From Macrostomum lignano (Eukaryota), in NCBI GenBank assembly GCA_002269645.1, contig NIVC01001147.1, positions 62,001-126,000 of the forward strand: a stretch of DNA of 64,000 bases, written 5' to 3'. Made by a program: the position numbers and the translations under genes. Under the pieces are notes generated by a model. The model was not told where the DNA came from, ran no database searches, and was given only the letters and a program-made list of their open reading frames with translations. Of this stretch, positions 44,095-56,400 are shown piece after piece (the stretch's first letter is position 1; each line of letters opens with the position of its first letter).

Positions 44095-45050
44095 CTGCAT
44101 AGCAACCGGGATTTGTGTCGTCTTTGCTGCATAGCAACCGGGATTTCTATTGTCTTTGCTGCATAGCAACTGGGAGATTTCTGTTGTCTTTGCTGCATAG
44201 CAACCGGATATTTCTATTGTCTTTGCTGCATAGCAACCGGGATTTCTGTTGTCTTTGCTGCATAGCAACCGGGATTTGTGTCGTCTTTGCTGCATAGCAA
44301 CCGGGATTTCTATTGTCTTTGCTGCATAGCAACTGGGAGATTTCTGTTGTCTTTGCTGCATAGCAACCGGATATTTCTATTGTCTTTGCTGCATAGCAAC
44401 CGGGATTTCTGTTGTCTTTGCTGCATAGCAACCGGGATTTCTATTGTCTTTGCTGCATAGCAACCGGGATTTCTATTATCTTTGCTGCATAGCAACTGGG
44501 GAGTTTCTGTTGTGTTTGCTGCATAGCAACTGGGGAGTTTCTGTTGTGTTTGCTGCATAGCAACTGGGGGATTTCTGTTGTCTTTGCATAGCAACCGGGA
44601 TTTCTGTTGACTTTGCTGCATAGCAACCGGGATTTCTGTTGTCTTTGCTGCATAGCAACCGGATATTTCTGTTGTCTTTGCTGCATAGCAACCGGATATT
44701 TCTGTTGTCTTTGCTGCATAGCAACTGGGGAATTTCTGTTGTCTTTGCTGCATAGCAACCGGGATTTGTGTCGTCTTTGCTGCATAGCAACGGGATTTCT
44801 ATTATCTTTGCTGCATAGCAACCGGATATTTCTATTGTCTTTCCTGCATAGCAACTGGGATTTCTATTGTCTTTCCTGCATAGCAACTGGGATTTCTATT
44901 ATCTTTGCTGCATAGCAACCAGGGGATTTCTGTTATCTTTGCTGAGCAACCGGGATTTCTGTTGTCTTTGCTGCATAGCAACCGGGATTTCTATTGTCTT
45001 TGCTGCATAGCAACCGGGATTTGTGTCGTCTTTGCTGCATAGCAACCGGG
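44095..45050. repeat. ~32-bp minisatellite (TTTGCTGCATAGCAACCGGGATTTCTGTTGTC)
   Basis: Read directly from the sequence. Confidence 0.95.
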
Positions 45051-45569
45051 CTTCTATTAATACACCCAATCGAACTCAATAAAAACGTTTTAGTTTAATC
45101 AAATCAATAATGACATTGTGACTTGCTCTTTAGAGCACTCACTATTTCTGTGTGTCAGTGCCAATTGTGCAAAAATCATTGATTTGCCTCGAATTATGAA
45201 ATTCCATAATTTTTTGTGTCACTTTTCTAGCAATTTGATTTGATTTGTTGAATTGGCTGTGCCTTTTACTCTTGCATCTCTCTCGGTTTTTTGTAGCAAG
45301 ATGCGTAACTTAGACCTTTTGTGTCCTCTGAACAAACCATTTGGCTCTACAAACTTTGTTTATTTTTGACATAGAAATCTTGTTCAATATTTGAATTTAA
45401 ATTTTGCCACGAGTTTTATGCCAGCCCTGATTATTGTTATACAATTTAATCCGCTTGACAACCAGCCAGGTTTTTATAGCCATTTATAATATATATCGAA
45501 TTAGAGCCGGCTGATTTCTGATTGTACCTTAATCCAATCTGTCTTTCACGTTTAGTTTGTCTTGGTTCA

Positions 45570-46497
45570 TTCACAGCCCCGCTCACCCAGTGCTCACAGC
45601 CCCGCTCACCCAGTACTCACAGCCCCGCTCACCCAGTGCTCACAGCCCCGCTCACCCAGTTCTCACAGCCCCGCTCACCCAGTGCTCACAGCCCCGCTCA
45701 CCCAGTGCTCACAGCCCCGCTCACCCAGTGCTCACAGCCCCGCTCACCCAATGCGCACAGCCCCGCTCACCCAGTGCTCACAGCCCCGCTCACCCAATGC
45801 GCACAGCCCCGCTCACCCAGCGCTCACAGCCCCGCTCACCCAGTGCTCACAGCCCCGCTCACCCAGCGCTCACAGCCCCGCTCACCCAATGCTCACAGCC
45901 CCGCTCACCCAGTGCTCACAGCCCCGCTCACCCAGTACTCACAGCCCCGCTCACCCAGTGCTCACAGCCCCGCTCACCCAGTTCTCACAGCCCCGCTCAC
46001 CCAGTGCTCACAGCCCCGCTCACCCAGTGCTCACAGCCCCGCTCACCCAGTGCTCACAGCCCCGCTCACCCAATGCGCACAGCCCCGCTCACCCAGTGCT
46101 CACAGCCCCGCTCACCCAATGCGCACAGCCCCGCTCACCCAGCGCTCACAGCCCCGCTCACCCAGTGCTCACAGCCCCGCTCACCCAGCGCTCACAGCCC
46201 CGCTCACCCAATGCTCACAGCCCCGCTCACCCAGTGCTCACAGCCCCGCTCACCCAGCGCTCACAGCCCCGCTCACCCAGCGCTCACAGCCCCGCTCACC
46301 CAGTGCTCACAGCCCCGCTCACCCAATGCTCACAGCCCCGCCCACCCAGTGCTCATAGCCCCGCCCACCCAGTGCTCATAGCCCCGCTCACCCAGTGCTC
46401 ACAGCCCCGCTCACCCAGTGCTCACAGCCCCACTGACTCAGTGCTCACAGCCCCGCCCACCCAGTGCTCACAGCCCCGCCCACCCAGTGCTCACAGC
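45570..46497. repeat. 23-bp minisatellite (CACAGCCCCGCTCACCCAGTGCT)
   Basis: Read directly from the sequence. Confidence 0.96.
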
Positions 46498-46911
46498 GCT
46501 CTCTGCTCAGTGCAGATATTCGAACCGGAAAATTTTAAAAGTACATACGCATTCCTAGATTTTATAGAACACACACGACAGCAGGATTTTAGACTCGCAA
46601 GATGGATATTTCGCAGACAGTGGGAACTTCGAAGATAGCTACTGAACGCTTCGCTGCTGCAGTCTCAGCCCTGCTTCAGACCGTGCAATTACATAATTGA
46701 GTCCGTCCTCCTCTAAGCCTCCTTACTGAGCTCGAAAGAAAAGTTTTAGCCATATTGAGCTTGGCAGACAGTTCTGAGTAATTAAATTATCCCATGGATT
46801 TTGACTTGGCTGGTCAGTCGTGTGCCAACGAGCTTATCGGAGCTGTGTGAACTGCATGGCTGAATTTCACACTGATGTTCAACAGGGCTAGCTTTTGCGC
46901 TTGGGTGAATC

Positions 46912-48305
46912 TAGATCTATGGGCTGGGTTCTAGATCTATGGGCTGGGTTCTAGATCTATGGGCTGGGTTCTAGATCTATGGGCTGGGTTCTAGATCTAT
47001 GGGCTGGGTTCTAGATCTATGGGCTGGTTTCTAGATCTATGGGCTGGGTTCTAGATCTATGGGCTGGGTTCTAGATCTATGGGCTGGGTTCTAGATCTAT
47101 GGGCTGGGTTCTAGATCTATCGGCTGGGTTCTAGATCTATGGGCTGGGTTCTAGATCTATGGGCTGGGTTCTAGATCTATGGGCTGGGTTCTAGATCTAT
47201 CGGCTGGGTTCTAGATCTATGGGCTGGGTTCTAGATCTATTTGCTAGGTTCTAGATCTATGGGCTGGGTTCTAGATCTATGGGCTGGGTTCTAGATCTAT
47301 GGGCTGGGTTCTAGATCTATTTGCTGGGTTCTAGATCTATGGGCTGGGTTTTAGATCTATGGGCTGGGTTCTAGATCTATGGGCTGGGTTCTAGATCTAT
47401 GGGCTGGGTTCTAGATCTATGGGCTTGGTTCTAGATCTATGGGCTGGGTTCTAGATCTATGGGCTGGGTTCTAGATCTATGGGCTTGGTTCTAGATCTAT
47501 GGGCTGGGTTCTAGATCTATGGGCTGGGTTCTAGATCTATGGGCTGGGTTCTAGATCTATGGGCTGGGTTTTAGATCTATGGGCTGGGTTCTAGATCTAT
47601 GGGCTGGGTTCTAGATCTATGGGCTGGGTTCTAGATCTATGGGCTGGGTTTTAGATCTATGGGCTGGTTTCTAGATCTATGGGCTGGGTTCTAGATCTAT
47701 GGGCTGGGTTCTAGATCTATGGGCTGGGTTCTAGATCTATGGGCTGGGTTCTAGATCTATGGGCTGGGTTCTAGATCTATGGGCTGGGTTCTAGATCTAT
47801 TTGCTGGGTTCTATATCTGTTTGCTGGGTTCTAGATCTGTTTGCTGGGTTCTAGATATATGGGCTGGATTATATATATATATATATATATATACATATTG
47901 GCTGTTGGATTCTAGATCTATAGACTCTTGGATCGTGGATCTATAGACTGTTGAAGTCTATATCGATAGACTGTTGAAGTCTAGATCGATAGACTGTTGG
48001 ATCCTAGATCGATAGACTGTTGGATCCTAGATCTATAGACTGTTGGATCCTAGATCGATAGACTGTTGGATCCTAGATCGATAGACTGTTGGATCCTAGA
48101 TCTATAGACTGTTGGATCCTAGATCGATAGACTGTTGAATCCTAGATCTATAGACTGTTGGATCCTAGATCTATAGACTGTTGGATCCTAGATCTATAGA
48201 CTATTGGATCCTAGATCTATAGCTGTTGGATCCTAGATCTATAGACTATTGGATCCTAGATCTATAGACTATTGGAACCTAGATCTATAGACTGTTGAAT
48301 TCTAG
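46912..48305. repeat. 20-bp (CTAGATCTATGGGCTGGGTT) array, (AT)n, then 23-bp (TAGATCTATAGACTGTTGGATCC) array
   Basis: Read directly from the sequence. Confidence 0.95.
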
Positions 48306-48929
48306 ATCTTGGATTCCGTGGGTTCGACCCCTGATAGTTTGATAAGTTTAGATCGATTAATTTTTTTAATATATTCGTTTGCTAATAGGGCCTATTCTTA
48401 TCTGACGAATTGATATTAGTATTTAATAAATATTCATAATTCTGGAATAAATATGTTGACTGCATGTACTGTAGGGGCGGATTCTCACTGCGGAACCCTC
48501 AGGCTATGTAGGTAGAATTAAGGCTAGTACACTCCATGATTTATAGCCTGCATATAGGTTGCTCCTCCATATAGACTTTATTATAGTATTACATGTAGTT
48601 AAATAAGATATGCTAGAGAGATATGTCTTTACAAGTCCTCCACGATCCAGCGCTGAGTTCTGGCTTCTCTTCCTCTCTCCCTCACCAATCAAATAGACAT
48701 ATATATTCTGTTTGTTTCACCATAAGATGGCGCTATTCGAGCCCGCTTCCACTGAATGAGTAAGTGGTCGGTACGGTTGTGCCGGAGATTGAGTCTGTTT
48801 TAAGCCTCATCACTCTTCATCGACGAAGTTCAGCTGCAGGAATGTCTGCCTGTCAAAGCATGGCGTTGAATTTATCGCCTTCGTGGCAAAACTCTACTAA
48901 GAAGTTTCTACGAGTAAATGGCAAAGTCG

Positions 48930-50186
48930 AGCTTATAGAGGCTGGAGTGGAGCTTATAGAGGCTGGAGTGGAGCTTATTTATAGAGGCTGGAGTGGAGCT
49001 TATAGAGGCTGGAGTGGAGCTTGTAGAGGCTGGAGTGGAGCTTATAGAGGCTGGAGTGGAGCTTGTAGAGGCTGGAGTGGAGCTTGTAGAGGCTGGAGTG
49101 GAGCTTGTAGAGGCTGGAGTGGAGCTTGTAGAGGCTGGAGTGGAGCTTATAGAGGCTGGAGTGGAGCTTGTAGAGGCTGGAGTGGAGCTTGTAGAGGCTG
49201 GAGTGGAGCTTATAGAGGCTGGAGTGGAGCTTATAGAGGCTGGAGTGGAGCTTATAGAGGCTGGAGTGGAGCTTATAGAGGCTGGAGTGGAGCTTATAGA
49301 GGCTGGAGTGGAGCTTATAGAGGCTGGAGTGGAGCTTATAGAGGCTGGAGTGGAGCTTATAGAGGCTGGAGTGGAGCTTATAGAGGCTGGAGTGGAGCTT
49401 GTAGAGGCTGGAGTGGAGCTTGTAGAGGCTGGAGTGGAGCTTATAGAGGCTGGAGTGGAGCTTGTAGAGGCTGGAGTGAAGCTTGTAGAGGCTGGAGAGG
49501 AGCTTATAGAGGCTAGAGTGGAGCTTATAGAGGCTGGAGAGGAGCTTATAGAGGCTGGAGTGGAGCTTATAGAGGCTGGAGTGGAGCTCATAGAGGCTGG
49601 AGTGGAGCTTATAGAGGCTGGAGTGGAGCTTATAGAGGCTGGAGTGGAGCTTGTAGAGGCTGGAGTGGAGCTTATAGAGGCTGGAGTGGAGCTTATAGAG
49701 GCTGGAGTGGAGCTTATAGAGGCTGGAGTGGAGCTTATAGAGGCTGGAGTGGAGCTTATAGAGGCTGGAGTGGAGCTTATAGAGGCTGGAGTGGAGCTTA
49801 TAGAGGCTGGAGTGGAGCTTATAGAGGCTGGAGTGGAGCTCATAGAGGCTGGAGTGGAGCTTATAGAGGCTGGAGTGGAGCTTATAGAGGCTGGAGAGGA
49901 GCTTATAGAGGCTGGAGTGGAGCTTATAGAGGCTGGAGTGGAGCTCATAGAGGCTGGAGTGGAGCTTATAGAGGCTGGAGTGGAGCTTATAGAGGCTGGA
50001 GTGGAGCTTATAGAGGCTGGAGTGGAGCTTATAGAGGCTGGAGTGGAGCTTATAGAGGCTGGAGTGGAGCTTATAGAGGCTAGAGTGGAGCTCATAGAGG
50101 CTGGATTGGAGCTTATAGAGGCTGGAGTGGAGCTTATAGAGGCTGGAGTGGAGCTTATAGAGGCTGGAGTGGAGCTTGTAGAGGCT
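48930..50186. repeat. 21-bp minisatellite (GAGGCTGGAGTGGAGCTTATA)
   Basis: Accounts for the ELIEAGV and SISSTPA pseudo-ORFs. Confidence 0.96.
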
Positions 50187-50462
50187 GAATCGATAATTGC
50201 TGCACGCAGTTTAAAAATACACCTGACTCAAGTTTTTCCGCAGTCTACGAATCGGAATTGTTAATTTCAGACAGGAAAAGTACAACCAAATTCGGAGTTT
50301 AGCAAACTGCGGCTTTTTTCTGAAGAACGCGCTTGCCAAATAAAACAGTATGCTGCCAGAGTTTGAGTGCGGCGCAAGAGCGACTTGAACGAAATTGAAG
50401 TGCGGCTGGCCTACATATCTATTGGTTGAAGCGGTGAGATATGTTGTGCCGAGAGAAAGAGA

Positions 50463-50505
<43 letters not shown>

Positions 50506-50799
50506 GAAGCAGCGGACAGGAGCCAAGATAAGAACAGTTTTGCAGCTGGGGAAAGCCAAAAGCAAAACTGAAAGAAGGAGCCGAGAGAACTTCGATCGCT
50601 GTCCTCGCAGCGCAACCTGTCCTTGCTCAGGATGCACGGCGGCTGTCATTATTTCTGTCTATCTCCCGTTTCGATTACCCAGTAGTAGTTTGGCTGGCAA
50701 TAATTGATGATCTAGCCTCCGGGTGCTTGCTGGGAGTCTTTCTGACTGGCTAAAAGGATAGCTGCCGGTGAAGGGAGCGGGAGGGAGAACAAGAGATGG

Positions 50800-52560
50800 A
50801 GTGGGAGAGACGGAGTGGGGGAGAGGGAGAGACGGAGTGAGAGAGAGGGAGAGACGGAGTGAGAGAGAGGGAGAGACGGAGTGAGAGAGAGGGAGAGACG
50901 GAGTGAGAGAGAGGGAGAGACGGAGTGAGAGAGAGGGAGAGACGGAGTGAGAGAGAGAGGGAGAGACGGAGTGAGAGAGAGGGAGAGACGGAGTGAGAGA
51001 GGGAGAGACGGAGTGAGAGAGAGGGAGAGACGGAGTGAGAGAGAGAGGGAGAGACGGAGTGAGAGAGAGGGAGAGACGGAGTGAGAGAGGGAGAGACGGA
51101 GTGAGAGAGAGGGAGAGACGGAGTGAGAGAGAGGGAGAGACGGAGTGAGAGAGAGAGGGAGAGACGGAGTGAGAGAGAGGGAGAGACGGAGTGAGAGAGG
51201 GAGAGACGGAGTGAGAGAGAGGGAGAGACGGAGTGAGAGAGAGGGAGAGACGGAGTGAGAGAGAGGGAGAGACGGAGGGAGAGACGGAGTGGGAGAGAGG
51301 GAGACGGAGTGGGAGAGAGGGAGAGACGGAGTGGGAGAGAGAGAGACGGTGGGCAACAGAGGGTGAGAGGCAGTGAGTTAGCTGAAATTATAAACATACT
51401 CTAACAGCCAGCCACCATTCTGTGGTAAACTATCGGCATTAGCATATAAGTAGCAATAGACATGAGATTGGCGCTTCGCTTCCGCTCCTCCGGCAGGCGT
51501 AGCGGTTTCTTGGCCACAGCTTGGCCACAGCTACCTTGGTAATGGCAGGATGTGCTGCGGCTGCTGCTGCTGCTGCTGCTGTTTTTGTTGCTAGAAAGTG
51601 GGGCAGCGCAAAATGAGGCGGCCTGGATGGCGGCGAGATGGGGGTGGACAGGGGTGGCTACGGCTGGGAGAGACTGGAGTGTCAGAAAATGAGAGAGCCA
51701 GAAAGTGAGAGAATCAGAAAGTGAGAGAGTTAGACAATGAGAGATTCAGACAGGGAGAGTCAGGAAGTGAGAGAGTCGGACAGGGATAGAGTCAGACAAG
51801 GATAGAGTCAGACAGGGAGAGAGTCATGCAGTGAGAGAGTCAGACAAGGATAGTCAGACAGGGAGAGAGTCAGACAGGGAGAGAGTCAGACAGTGAGAGA
51901 GTTAGACAGGGAGAGAGTCAGACAGGGAGAGAGTCAGACAGGGAGAGAGTCAGACAGGGAGAGAGTCAGACAGGGAGAGAGTCAGACAGTGAGAGAGTTA
52001 GACAGGGAGAGAGTCAGACAGGGAGAGAGTCAGACAGGGAGAGAGTCAGACAGGGAGAGATTCAGACAGGGAGAGAGTCAGACAGGGAGAGACTCAGACC
52101 GTGAGAGAATCAGACAGGGAGAGAGTCAGACAGGGAGAGAGTCAGACAGGGAGAGAGTCAGACAGGGAGAGAGAGTCAGACAGTGAGAGACTCAGACAGT
52201 GAGAGTCAGGCAGTGAGAGAGTCAGACAGGAAGAGAGTCAGACAGGGAGAGAGTCAGACAGGGAGAGAGTCAGACAGGGAGAGACTCAGACCGTGAGAGA
52301 ATCAGACAGGGAGAGAGTCAGACAGTGAGAGACTCAGACAGGGATAGTCAGGCAGGGAGAGAGTCAGACCGTGAGAGAGTCAGACCGTGAGAGAGTCAGA
52401 CAGGGAGAGAGTCAGACAGTGAGAGAGTCAGGCAGTGAGAGAGTCAGACCGTGAGAGAGTCAGACAGTGAGAGAGTCAGACCGTGAGAGAATCAGACAGG
52501 GAGAGAGTCAGACAGGGAGAGAGTCAGGCAGGGAGAGAGTGAGACAGGGAGAGCGACAGT
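50800..52560. repeat. GA-rich minisatellites: ~22-bp (50800-51345) and 16-bp GAGAGTCAGACAGGGA (51680-52560)
   Basis: Read directly from the sequence. Confidence 0.93.
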
Positions 52561-53494
52561 GAGATCCACCCAGTTAAGTTCTCATATTTCAGAGCCAGCC
52601 GCAGATTATCGCCCAGCCAGCTGCCCACTTAAATCGCTCTATTGATAAATGCGTGCCGGCCGCCCCCTCCCCTGGCTCCCATCAGGTCTCCCAGCTCTGT
52701 GCCTCCCGTCCCTCGTGGCTGGATAGCAGAACGGGGAAAACACACAGATGGGGTGGGTGCTGGGTCGCGCTTTGGTTTCAGCCATCGAAGGAGGGGAGAG
52801 TGAGACAGGGGGCAACCAAAATGTACTCTACAATGCGCGAATGAGATGTCCTGAGAGATGGAAAAGAGAAAGGCGAAGGATTGGGGTTGGGTTGGAAAAG
52901 AAGGAAATATTGGGAGGACTTTTCAGCGTCTGAGAGGCGCGGGCACACGTGGAGCCTCACAAAAGCGGGGGGGATAGCTGGGGGTGGGTGGGGTAGCCGG
53001 GCGGAACCCTATGCTAAAAGCTGCGGGTCGGCCCACCCCAGGGCCAGAAACTTCTCTTAGCATTCGTTGGAGTTCTTCTTCCAAACCGGGGGCTGCTCCG
53101 CTCTGCTCTCTCGCTAAAACTTTGGCATCGCTTTCTCCCCACCCCACAGCAACCCATCCCCCCCCCCTAGCAGGGACTCGAAGCTCGTCCCAGCGCTGGT
53201 CTCCAGGATCTATCAAACTGCAGCCGCCAACCACCCCCTGCAGTATCTATCTAATCTTCGTTCGCGTAGTTTAGAATTTGAAAAAAAAACTTCATTTCGT
53301 TGGTTTTTAAATTCGAATGGGCGAGGAGCTCGACCTGCGAGGCTGACGGTGGAGAGAGAGGGAGGGGGACGCAGGCCAGCGATCTCTGGCCACTGGTTGA
53401 AAACCAAGCCGCCCCGGATGGTCGGCCGGCCAGTTGAGATAATTGTCGCGGCTCAACTCAAGCAGGAAGTGAGCAGCAGTCGGCAGCTGCAGCA

Positions 53495-56400
53495 ATGAAT
53501 TTCGAATTCGGCAAAGTGTTCGACTGGGTGTCCAACCAGGCCAAGCAGGTTGGCGACCAGGTCTCGCAGGCTGGCTCAGCAATCCGCGGCATCCAGGACG
53601 AGATCACCAGCCGGGTGCAGAAGAGCTCCACTGAGCCGGCTAATCTGGTCGGAGTCGCCGCTGGAGCCGACGCCAGTGCGCCCGCGCCTGAGGCCAAGCC
53701 GGCCGTGGAATCGGCGAATTCAACAAGTCGGACGCCAGCTGCCGCCGCCGCTGTCGCTGTCGCAGAATCCTGCCAGGTGTGCAAGCGGCAGCTCGCTAAT
53801 CCTCGACGCTGTCACCGCTGTCGACAGACCGTCTGCGCTGACTGCAGCTCAGGCCGAGTGTCCTCGAATGCAGCCGGACAGGTGAGGCGCTGGGGCCGCT
53901 GATTAGGGACTGCTAATTAAGAGGAGAACAAGCAGGTGAAGGAGTTGTCCCGGCCGCTTTTAGCAAGCCAATGCAGAGTTTCCTTCACCTCAATTTGTCC
54001 AAAGTCGCCAGTTCGAGGGCAAGCTGTACACGTGCCCTGCGCAATATCACTATGGGATAATGATAATTATAGATTCCCTCAACCTGACATCCTGGATACT
54101 ATTTTGTCATACCTCAAAGGAAATTGAACCGAAATTTTAAGGCTACACTCGAATAACTGTGCAAATCTCATATCACTGCGGATCGGCTAAGTTTTTTTCA
54201 CTGCAGATACGCTCGTAAAAAGTTTTTAAATATTTATTTTATTATTACTATTATTAATACGCTTGTATTATTAAGTTTATTATTACAGTGCAATTCCGCC
54301 CATTCCCTGAGCACATACAAGCGCGTCAACTCATGCACACCACTCACACAGGGTGTACAGCGGCCCTGACTGTCTAATCGTCAGGCATGTACACTCTCTG
54401 TGACTTGGGGGTTGGGGGATTGGTTGTGGTTACGAGTCAGACAAATTCCCCCCTCTGTAGAGAAAATAATAAGACTAAACTAAAGACTAATTGGAGTTAA
54501 ATTGGAGTTAAATTGAGTTAAATTGAAGTTAAATTGAAGCAGTAAGTGGGCGCAGGGCCCAAACCGATATATTTATACGAGTCATTAACTTAGGGGGGTT
54601 GAATTGCAGATAATAAAGAGAGGGGGTGGAGTGCGCGACTGAAGAGAGAGGCGAGACCGGAGAGCCAATCAGAAGGCGGCGAGGGAGACAGAGATAAGAA
54701 TAAGAAAATTGAGCTAGACAGAGAGAGAGAGAAAACAGTAAACAGAGACAAGTGAAGGTGAACTAAAGAAATGACTAGGAAAGTCGCGACTAGAGATGCC
54801 AAAAACCGGCCCTTTTTGAGAACCGGTTAACCGGTTTGAAAACCGCCTTTTATAAGAAAACCGGTTTATGCGCCAAGTTTTTAAAAAGCACTAAATCAGC
54901 ATAGAACTTATATACAATCGTGAATTCACCCATTTTAAAACAATATCGATTGCTGAAGCTTTATTTTATTAATTTACTTGACTTTAAAAATGATAATGAT
55001 GCCGCCGATAATGATAACGATAACGATGTTTTGTGAATTGTGAATAACAAGATTGTGCGAACATTTTAAAGTTTAAACTTAAAACGATTCACTTGTTTGT
55101 GAACTTGTGGTTGTGATGCATGCATGCCGTGACGTTATGGGGTTGTCGTCACAGACTCATATCACATTATATTGCCTTAAGGCTCAAGTCAATCAAATAG
55201 TAATCTTAATAACTGGCTGTTATCCGAGTACATATAAATAAGTAAGTATTGCTCCGCCTGCAAATTCCATCCCCTTATTTTTTTAGTATCATTTGTAATT
55301 TGTAATCATTGACCTTTCTTAGAAAAATGAAAACAAACTTTTCTTGGTTCGATTAACGATTACGATTACGAATCATTACGAATCTATGATTACTTACGAA
55401 TACGATTTACGATTATTAAGTTACAAAGTAACGATTTAGAAAAATTATGTTAGCAGTTATTGTTTTCTCCAAAGTGCAAAAATTGTGAGGCATAATTAAA
55501 ATAAAAAACCCATTAAAAACCGTCAAAAAACCGGACAAAAAACCGGTTTTTTTAGAACCGGTTTTCCTGCTTAAAACCGGTTTTTTAAAACCGGTTTTAA
55601 ATCCGGTTGGCATCCCTAGTCGCGACACCCTCAAAGCATCTTAGAAGCTTATTATAACAAAATAGACGGGAAATGTTGTTCAAATTACGATTGATTTTCA
55701 CGTATAAGACGCGAAATTTTCTGCTCTAGAGAGGAGCAATCTGCTTCCTATGGGCTGCTGTCTCTGCGCCTCAAAAGAGGATTTCTTGTAGTCTGCTGAC
55801 AGTCTGGCAGGATGCGACGACAAAGACTGTAGCAACTATTTTGGAAACAAATCTTTCATTTCGACTTTGCGCTGACTGTTCCGCCTCAAGCTGGGTTTGC
55901 GAAGGCATCAAGTAGCCAATTCACCTTCAGCGAAGCGTGCTCGAGCAAAACCGCTGCTTGAGAGGAGAAGACGGTGCCTCGGCTTCTGCTGCTTCTGTTT
56001 TCTGCTGCACGCGGATTTTCTGGTATTAGCCTGGGAAGCAAGCGCTGCTTCTCCGTTTGGGTTTGCAGGAGCGGAATCAAGACGACAGCCCAGCCGCCCA
56101 TCCCGCTGACCTCTGAGAAGGCGCGCGCTCTCACGAGGTGTACAGAGGCCTTGACTCCCTTGACGAGAATCGCACAGTTTCCATTCCAATTCCAAATTGC
56201 AATTGGGCTCAGTAGTCCATGCAGCAGCTAACCCCCAGGGGGTGGGGTCGACTGACCCCATTGACCCCCCTGGATCCGCTATTGCCCCTAGGGGAAAATT
56301 TATTGCTTCTTCCATACCCAGATAGCCTAATTTATTATTAATTGGAGACTGCAGAAATCCCGGCTTCAGCCGCACCCCCAGTGACCCCCGGCCTGCGGTT

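Noticed and set aside
48764-50264. ELIEAGV, RGWSGAY and SISSTPA ORFs of 250-423 aa
   Set aside because: 21-bp tandem repeat with no unique coding context or splice-supported links.
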